Shown: piece by piece, positions 43,985 through 51,290 of the stretch
Layout of the letters: every line of letters begins with the position of its first letter
Numbering within the stretch: the stretch's first letter is position 1
Source of the DNA: Alphaproteobacteria bacterium
Lineage (GTDB): Bacteria > Pseudomonadota > Alphaproteobacteria > RF32 > CAG-239
Assembly (NCBI GenBank): GCA_045639065.1
Contig: JAZUCK010000023.1
Span: 30,429-94,428 of the forward strand
DNA length: 64,000 bases
Direction: 5' to 3'
Translations under genes and position numbers: made by a program
Notes under the pieces: generated by a model
Databases searched by the model: none
Told to the model about the DNA's origin: nothing
The model's input: only the letters and a program-made list of their open reading frames with translations

Positions 43985-46330
43985 ATGGCGAATAGCACCA
44001 TAACATTGACAGCCTCGATGCGTTCGAATCTGATGTCGCTAAAAAATATAGCCACACAAATGAGCAAGACACAAAATATCCTTTCGACCGGCAAAAAGGT
44101 AAATTCAGCCATTGACAATGCTTCCAGTTATTATCAAGCCCGAAGCCTAAGCAATCGTGCGGCAGACCTAAATGCTTTGTTAGATACAATGGGACAAGGT
44201 ATCCAAACCTTGCAAGCCGCTAATGAAGGAATTGAGGCGGCAACATCATATTTGGAGCAAGCCAAAGCAGTAATAGAACAAGCGTCATCAACCGGCGCGA
44301 CCCCTCTGACTTCACAAGTACAATTAACCGACAATGTCGAAGAGCTGTTGGCACAAGGCTATATAGCTATTGATTCGAGTATGACGGGCGAAGATATTAT
44401 GAATTTAATTGCCGAATTAGATGCCGACGGCGAAGAAATAAATCTTGTTTTAACCGAAGATATAGAAATAGATGATTATTTTGAGTTTTATGAAGCAGAT
44501 GTAACCATCAACGGTGCTGGTCATACATTAAAATTGACAAATGAGTGGGGACAACTTTATCTTGGTGGTGAAAATACAACAATAGAAAATATGACTATAG
44601 AGCACACCGGAAATAGTGATAGAGTAATTTATAGCGAAACAACAGGATTGACATTAAGAAATGTCAATATAAATCATGAATATACCGGCAACTATAGCGC
44701 ACAAACAGTATATATGGAATGTGGCGGAACAGTAGAGAATGTAAACATTAATACCAAAGCCGAATCAGTTTTAGCAGGAGTTTTAAGTTATTCCGGCGAT
44801 TTAGATATCAAAAACTTAACTATGGACTTGAGTATTGAGAAAAAAGGCTCGGTAACCGGAGTTTATGCCGGAGCCGGATATGATGGCACCGAAGGTGGCA
44901 ATGTAACGGTTGACGGCATGAGCATCAATGCTCATGGCGAGAACATCAAAGGACTTTGGGCAGCCGGCGAAGTAACAGGCTTAGAAGGTGTTTATAGCGG
45001 AAATTCGAGCATTCCACAATCATTGACCAACGGCAAAGCCAACACCCAAGCGATAGTTGCACAACTAGGTTCAGACGCCAAAGCAGCCTATGCCACAACC
45101 CAATTTTACGTTGGTGATAAGAATGGTGAGTTTGGACAGGGAAAATGGTATTTACCTTCCATTGCGGAGCTAATGGACCTTTATGGAACAGATTATGATG
45201 GTATCAATGGCGGATATGGCATAAGTGGAGCCAATGGCGACAACCTAAGCGCTATCAATACCACCCTCGGCGAATTGGCAGATGACGGTATCGCGGAGGA
45301 AATGGATGGGTGGTATTGGTCCTCCTCTGAGTTCCTTTCAAATTACTCATGGCTACTACTTACATCCGATGGCAGTCGGAACTACTCCAATAAGCATACT
45401 AACGGCTACAGCGCCCGTGCGTTTCGGCTTGTAGAAAATTGCTTTAACCCTTCACTTCTTTCCGGCGCCGAAGGCGACGGCATTCCCAAAGTGGGTGATA
45501 TAATGTATTTAGATAAGTCATGGGGCACATTAGAAGACTATGACTCATCAAAAGCCGATCAAGTAGCCGGCGTCATCTGTGGCGTGGGTGATGATGGTTC
45601 AGTAAGGGTTGTATCATTAAAAGATTTGACTTTCAGTTCATTAGATGACGCCGGAATTTTTAATCCGGACGATCCATACGGCGGAAGTACCAAATATGTC
45701 AGATGGGCAACCTATGATAACGGTAAGTGGGAAGAAAATATCGAAGCTATTACCGACGTAGATGATGCCGCGTTAGCGGCCGCGTTTAATCAGCTTAAAG
45801 GTATTAGTGTCGAAGCAATCAATAATGCTTTTACAAAAGTTGATGTAGATACATATAAAGAACAGTTCAATGACGTTATAAGCCAATATGATGATCTAAT
45901 TAAAGATGCTTCATATCAAGGTGTAAATCTACTTACCGGTGGTGAACTAAATGTTGTCTTTAATGAAACTCGCACGCACAGTTTTAATGTCAAAGGCGAG
46001 GATATTCGCTCGGATAAGTTAGGCTTAAAAACTGTAAGCTGGAATAATGCCGGCGAATTGGAAGTTACTGTCGAATCATTAAAAAATGCTATCAATAAAT
46101 TACGCTCGGTGGCAACTGATTTAGGTAATAAATATACTATTATCCAAACTCGTCAAAACTTTACCGAGGCTTTAACAGATGTATTAGAAACCGGCGCTGA
46201 TGATTTAGTATTAGCCGATATGAATGAGACATCAGCCGAATATCTGATGTTGCAAACAAGACAACAATTGGCAATCAATTCTTTATCTCTTGCTTCGCAA
46301 TCAGCCAGCTCAATCTTGAGTTTGTTTTAA
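43985..46330 (+). CDS. giant flagellin (781 aa) with a central beta-helix-like plus DUF1566/C-type-lectin-fold-like insert; the DGR target
   Basis: The N-terminal roughly 110 aa and C-terminal roughly 160 aa are colinear with, and highly similar to, the flagellin at 1435-2262 (ITLTASMRSNL..GKKVNSAIDNASSYYQARSL; QTRQQLAINSLSLASQSASSILSLF). The ATG at 43985 with an AGGAAAG RBS is preferred over 43928. The insert has repeats (IENMTIE, LRNVNIN, VENVNIN, IKNLTMD, VDGMSIN) followed by GKWYLPSIAELMDLYG...WYWSSSEF...YSARAFRLV. Confidence 0.9.
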   Translation: MANSTITLTASMRSNLMSLKNIATQMSKTQNILSTGKKVNSAIDNASSYYQARSLSNRAADLNALLDTMGQGIQTLQAANEGIEAATSYLEQAKAVIEQASSTGATPLTSQVQLTDNVEELLAQGYIAIDSSMTGEDIMNLIAELDADGEEINLVLTEDIEIDDYFEFYEADVTINGAGHTLKLTNEWGQLYLGGENTTIENMTIEHTGNSDRVIYSETTGLTLRNVNINHEYTGNYSAQTVYMECGGTVENVNINTKAESVLAGVLSYSGDLDIKNLTMDLSIEKKGSVTGVYAGAGYDGTEGGNVTVDGMSINAHGENIKGLWAAGEVTGLEGVYSGNSSIPQSLTNGKANTQAIVAQLGSDAKAAYATTQFYVGDKNGEFGQGKWYLPSIAELMDLYGTDYDGINGGYGISGANGDNLSAINTTLGELADDGIAEEMDGWYWSSSEFLSNYSWLLLTSDGSRNYSNKHTNGYSARAFRLVENCFNPSLLSGAEGDGIPKVGDIMYLDKSWGTLEDYDSSKADQVAGVICGVGDDGSVRVVSLKDLTFSSLDDAGIFNPDDPYGGSTKYVRWATYDNGKWEENIEAITDVDDAALAAAFNQLKGISVEAINNAFTKVDVDTYKEQFNDVISQYDDLIKDASYQGVNLLTGGELNVVFNETRTHSFNVKGEDIRSDKLGLKTVSWNNAGELEVTVESLKNAINKLRSVATDLGNKYTIIQTRQNFTEALTDVLETGADDLVLADMNETSAEYLMLQTRQQLAINSLSLASQSASSILSLF
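45316..45430 (+). repeat. DGR variable repeat (VR) inside the flagellin insert
   Basis: 115 nt matching the reverse complement of 43411-43522. There are 17 substitutions and one extra codon. Encodes WSSSEFLSNYSWLLLTSDGSRNYSNKHTNGYSARAFRL. The variable codons span about aa 450-476 of 781. Confidence 0.93.
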
Positions 46331-46350
46331 GTAAAAATAAAAAACAAACA

Positions 46351-47090
46351 GTCATCCCACCAAATCGACAGATTTGGTCAAGGGATCTTCAACTTTAAAA
46401 AAAGAAGAAGATGCCTAGTTTCGCTCGTCCCTCGCTCAAGGCATGACAGTTTAAATAACAATAATTAAAAGTCATCCCTCCAAATCGACAGATTTGGTCA
46501 AGGGATCTTCAACTTTTTAAAAAATTAAAAGAAGAAGATGCCTAGTCTCGCTCGTCCCTCGCTCAAGGCATGACATTATTTGATAAAAAACAAGAACCGC
46601 GACTTTTATATATTTTAAACGGGTCCGGGCGTGTGCAGAAACTTCTTATGCTTTACGTCAAAAGTGTTTGATTAAGGTAATGGATTTAAGGTGCAATGGA
46701 TATGGAAGCGTATTTTGGCGTGAAGCATTAGAAATCGAACCAGCCCGGCAATTTTTGGTTACTTTTTGTTGGCAAAAAGTAACGTAAGAAAAAAGAAGAA
46801 GATGCCTAGTCTCGCTCGTCCCTCGCTCAAGGCATGACAGTTTAAATAACAATAATTAAAAGTCATCCCTCGTTTTCGATAAGAAAACGTCAAGGGATCT
46901 TCAACTTTAAAAAAAGAAGAAGATGCCTAATCTCGCTCGTACCTCGCTCAAGGCATGACAGTTTAAATAACAATAATTAACAGTCATCCCTCGTTTTCGA
47001 TAAGAAAACGTCAAGGGATCTTCAACTTTGTAAAAAATTAAAAGAAGAAGATTGCTTGACCTCGTCGCTATACTCTTCTTAAGCGATGAC
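46351..47090. repeat. array of roughly 120-bp composite palindromic repeats (alternating A and B units) downstream of the flagellin
   Basis: A units (GTCATCCCxC-hairpin-TCAAGGGATCTTC) lie at 46351-46390, 46471-46510, 46862-46902 and 46983-47023. B units (GAAGAAGATGCCT..CTCGCTCGTCCCTCGCTCA-AGGCATGAC) lie at 46404-46447, 46531-46574, 46795-46838 and 46916-46959, with a degenerate copy at 47044-47090. A unique 220-bp segment interrupts the array at 46575-46794. Confidence 0.85.
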
Positions 47091-47179
47091 ATAATAAATT
47101 TAAATAAAAACAATGCCATAATTTTTGCTGTAAAATTATCAAAAATAGCTTGAAAAAAAATCACTTAATGATAAATTAG

Positions 47180-48253
<1,074 letters not shown>

Positions 48254-48265
48254 TATTTTGAAATT

Positions 48266-48300
48266 AAACCCCTATCTTCATGTTTAGGTAGGGGTTTTGT
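48266..48300 (+). terminator. rho-independent terminator after gap
   Basis: AAACCCCTA..(loop)..TAGGGGTTT followed by a T-run. Confidence 0.7.
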
Positions 48301-48397
48301 TTTTTTTCACTTTACAATAAAAATAAAATAAAGTAACTAAGGCTTAGTTTGAAAAAATCAATTACTTTATTTTATTATTTTACAATAAGGAAAAATT

Positions 48398-49606
48398 ATG
48401 AATTACAAAACCATTGAAGATTTGGGCAACTTAGACGGCAAGGTCGTTATGTTGCGTGCGGACTTAAATGTTCCGATGAATGAAAATTTTGAAGTAACTA
48501 ACACTGCTCGTATTGACAGAACTGTTCCCACTATTAAGGAACTTATGTCAAAAGGCGCTAAAGTTGTGGTTACATCACACTTAGGCCGCCCTGAAGGCAA
48601 AGGCGACATGGCCAACTCTTTGACTCACATCGTCAAAGATTTGGAAAAAGCTCTTGGTAAACACGTTGTGTTTGTTGGCGACTGCATCGGACCTGATGTT
48701 GAGGCTGCTATCAAAAACATGAGCGCTGACGAAGTCTTGTTGCTTGAAAATCTTCGCTTCTACAAAGAAGAGAAAAAAGGCGACGAAAACTTTGCCAAAG
48801 AATTGGTTGCTCACGTTGATGCTTATGTAACAGATGCTTTCTCTACAGCTCACCGTGACCACGCATCTATGGTTGCTGCAGTTAAAATGCGTCCTTCTGC
48901 TTTCGGTCGTTTGATGCAAGAAGAAGTAAACGCTTTGTCACAAGGTCTTAATGATCCGAAACGTCCGTTGATTGCTATTGTCGGCGGTTCAAAAGTTTCT
49001 ACCAAGTTAGACTTGTTAAACAACTTGGTTAAAAAAGTTGACAAATTGGTAATTTCCGGCGGTATGGCTCACACCTTTATGAAAGCCAGCGGAATTGACA
49101 CCGTGAACGAGGCTAACTCTTTGGTTCAAATGGATATGCTTGATACTGCCAAAGAAATTATGGCAACTGCTAAGGCTAATAATTGCAAAATTGTTTTGCC
49201 GTTAGATGTCGTAGTTTCTAAGGAATTTAAGCCTATGGCCGAACACAAAACCGTTTCATTAGACGAAATTCCGGCTGAAGGTTGGAGCTTGCTTGATGTC
49301 GGTGCAAAAACTATTGCTGCTATCAATGCTGAATTGGACGAAAGCAAAACACTCGTTTGGAACGGACCTTTGGGTGTGTTCGAAATGAAACCTTTTGACA
49401 CAGCTACTAATGCAGTTGCCGAACACGCTGCTGAATTAACTCAAGCCGGCAAATTGATGTCGGTAGCCGGTGGCGGTGACACAGTTTCTGCTTTGGCTAA
49501 TGCCGGTGTAGAAAAGAAATTTTCATACATCTCAACAGCCGGCGGTGCTTTCCTTGAATGGATGGAAGGTAAAGAACTCCCCGGAGTTGTGGTTTTGAAA
49601 AAATAA
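48398..49606 (+). CDS. pgk: phosphoglycerate kinase
   Basis: 402 aa. Contains RADLNVPM, SHLGRPEG and GGGDT. Confidence 0.96.
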   Translation: MNYKTIEDLGNLDGKVVMLRADLNVPMNENFEVTNTARIDRTVPTIKELMSKGAKVVVTSHLGRPEGKGDMANSLTHIVKDLEKALGKHVVFVGDCIGPDVEAAIKNMSADEVLLLENLRFYKEEKKGDENFAKELVAHVDAYVTDAFSTAHRDHASMVAAVKMRPSAFGRLMQEEVNALSQGLNDPKRPLIAIVGGSKVSTKLDLLNNLVKKVDKLVISGGMAHTFMKASGIDTVNEANSLVQMDMLDTAKEIMATAKANNCKIVLPLDVVVSKEFKPMAEHKTVSLDEIPAEGWSLLDVGAKTIAAINAELDESKTLVWNGPLGVFEMKPFDTATNAVAEHAAELTQAGKLMSVAGGGDTVSALANAGVEKKFSYISTAGGAFLEWMEGKELPGVVVLKK

Positions 49607-49629
49607 TCTTCTTTTCAAACTGATTAGAA

Positions 49630-49661
49630 AACCTCGCTTAAAAACATAAGCGAGGTTTTTT
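49630..49661 (+). terminator. rho-independent terminator after pgk
   Basis: AACCTCGCTTA-aaaaca-TAAGCGAGGTT followed by TTTT. Confidence 0.8.
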
Positions 49662-49755
49662 ATTGTGTTTCAAAAAAAAATAGACAAAAAATAATTGACC
49701 AAACCCTTAAAATATGATATTTTGTCTAAAATTTATCTTCAGGAGATTTTTTTTG

Positions 49756-51009
49756 ATGAATATTAGAGAATATATCAATCATATGAAAAGTGTTCGAGGT
49801 GACAGAAGTTTTGCCTTTCTTGCCGAGAGATGTGAAACATCTGAAAAAAATCCTTTTCGTATTCGTCCTGCAGAACCGATAAAAGCTGATGAGGTTCTTG
49901 TATGTGTGCTTTGTGGCGCAAACAGAAACGAAGGTGATTATATTCGTGAGTATAACGGATATTTAAAAAAAGTTGATGACTTTGTTAAAAAATCACCCAA
50001 ATTAAAAGGGTATAATATAAGAGTTTGTGTCGCTGTATGTAATTTTGGCAAGTATCATGACACTGATAGAGCTCGTTATCTGCAGCATTTGAAGCAATTC
50101 GATTATAAAAAATATAAAGAGATGATATCAAAATTACCGCCTGAGGTTAAAGAAGAAACATTAAATCCTTGCTATATTCAAGACATTTTTAATACAACCA
50201 TGCTTCCTCGTATTTCAGAAAATAAAAGTGAAACGATGCACAATATTCGTCGCCTCAATTTTGTTACTCATTGTCATGGTGCTTACGAAGTTGTAGAGAT
50301 GGAAGGCAAAATGTCTGAAAAATTATCTCTTCTGGGATATACAGCAAGTGACAAAGAGCAAATTTTTGCCCAACAGATGAGCTTAAATTTTAATCCTGAG
50401 GGGGCAAAAAATCATGCAAAATCACGTTTTTTCAATATTCAATCAGCTGCTGATTCGCATAATCATCAAACAACACCTTTGGAAGAATATTTGCTTATTA
50501 AGCCGAGTGATTTCGGAATTGCTTATATCAACAACAAAAATATTAAGACGTTGATGTGTGCTCAGGTTGATAAAAGAGGCGTCGAAGGTAATCCTCCGCC
50601 GGTATATATTGCAAGACCTGTTGAAGATCTTTTTAGGGATACAATGGAAGTAATGTCCGATAAAAATAATGATGAAACTAGAGAGCCCGAGGAAGAGGAT
50701 TATGTTTCTGAGCATTCATTTATGGGCTTTAGTCCAAAATCAAATATGAGCCGTGGTGCAAAAAAAATACAAAAAATTGCCGGAAATATACTGGAAAATT
50801 CTTTGCTTAATTCAGTCAGGCAAAAGAAGGATGAGTTTGTGCCTTTGCCATCTTTCTTAACTTTGGCAGCCGGTGATAGAACCGAGCGCTTTGAAATTGC
50901 CAAAGCTTATATAAAAGGTTGGAAAATGGTCGGCAAAACAATGATTGAAGATCCTTCCAAACTTGCTGCACATAATGCCTATCGTCGAAGACACACCATA
51001 GAACTATAA
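49756..51009 (+). CDS. hypothetical protein (orphan, 417 aa)
   Basis: Long ORF. AGGAG RBS sits 10 nt upstream of the ATG at 49756. No family recognised. Confidence 0.6.
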   Translation: MNIREYINHMKSVRGDRSFAFLAERCETSEKNPFRIRPAEPIKADEVLVCVLCGANRNEGDYIREYNGYLKKVDDFVKKSPKLKGYNIRVCVAVCNFGKYHDTDRARYLQHLKQFDYKKYKEMISKLPPEVKEETLNPCYIQDIFNTTMLPRISENKSETMHNIRRLNFVTHCHGAYEVVEMEGKMSEKLSLLGYTASDKEQIFAQQMSLNFNPEGAKNHAKSRFFNIQSAADSHNHQTTPLEEYLLIKPSDFGIAYINNKNIKTLMCAQVDKRGVEGNPPPVYIARPVEDLFRDTMEVMSDKNNDETREPEEEDYVSEHSFMGFSPKSNMSRGAKKIQKIAGNILENSLLNSVRQKKDEFVPLPSFLTLAAGDRTERFEIAKAYIKGWKMVGKTMIEDPSKLAAHNAYRRRHTIEL

Positions 51010-51172
51010 GCTACATAATCACTTTGTTTAGTATAAGTAAAAAAATACTTTAAGCTGACTATATTTTAATTGTTCACGATGGTGGAATATAAAGATGGGA
51101 TAATTAAAGCCTCTTTATTTTCAAGATGAGTGAATGCATTGTTTTTCTTTAGATTATATAAGGTAAACAAGG

Positions 51173-51218
51173 AAGAGATACCCTTTCAAGACGTTGAAAA
51201 GGTATCTCTTTTTTTTTA
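51173..51218 (+). terminator. long nested hairpin terminator
   Basis: AAGAGATACC-c-TTTCAA-gacg-TTGAAA-a-GGTATCTCTT followed by a run of 8 T. Confidence 0.7.
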
Positions 51219-51290
51219 ATCATTAAATGCTTGTTTTTTTGTCTAAAAGATGTTACAATAAGGTAAATTGTATATTTGGGAGATAAAAAA

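Larger units (their letters stand above)
41759..46330 (+). mobile_element. diversity-generating retroelement (RT, avd, TR) together with its flagellin target carrying the VR
   Basis: All four canonical DGR parts are present and contiguous. See the individual features below. Confidence 0.9.

Noticed and set aside
46720-46752. GGTTCGAT-like string on the minus strand (TGCCGGGCTGGTTCGATTTCTAATGC) suggestive of a tRNA T-arm or 3' fragment
   Set aside because: The flanking bases do not form a T-stem or acceptor stem, and no D-arm or anticodon arm could be built. At best it is a highly degraded fragment, so it is not called.
46351-47090. Regularly spaced 40-45-bp repeats that superficially resemble a CRISPR array
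   Set aside because: The would-be spacers are themselves repeated (alternating A and B units plus conserved linkers). The repeats are internally palindromic with complementary edges. No cas genes are in the window. It is a composite tandem or palindromic repeat, not a CRISPR array.
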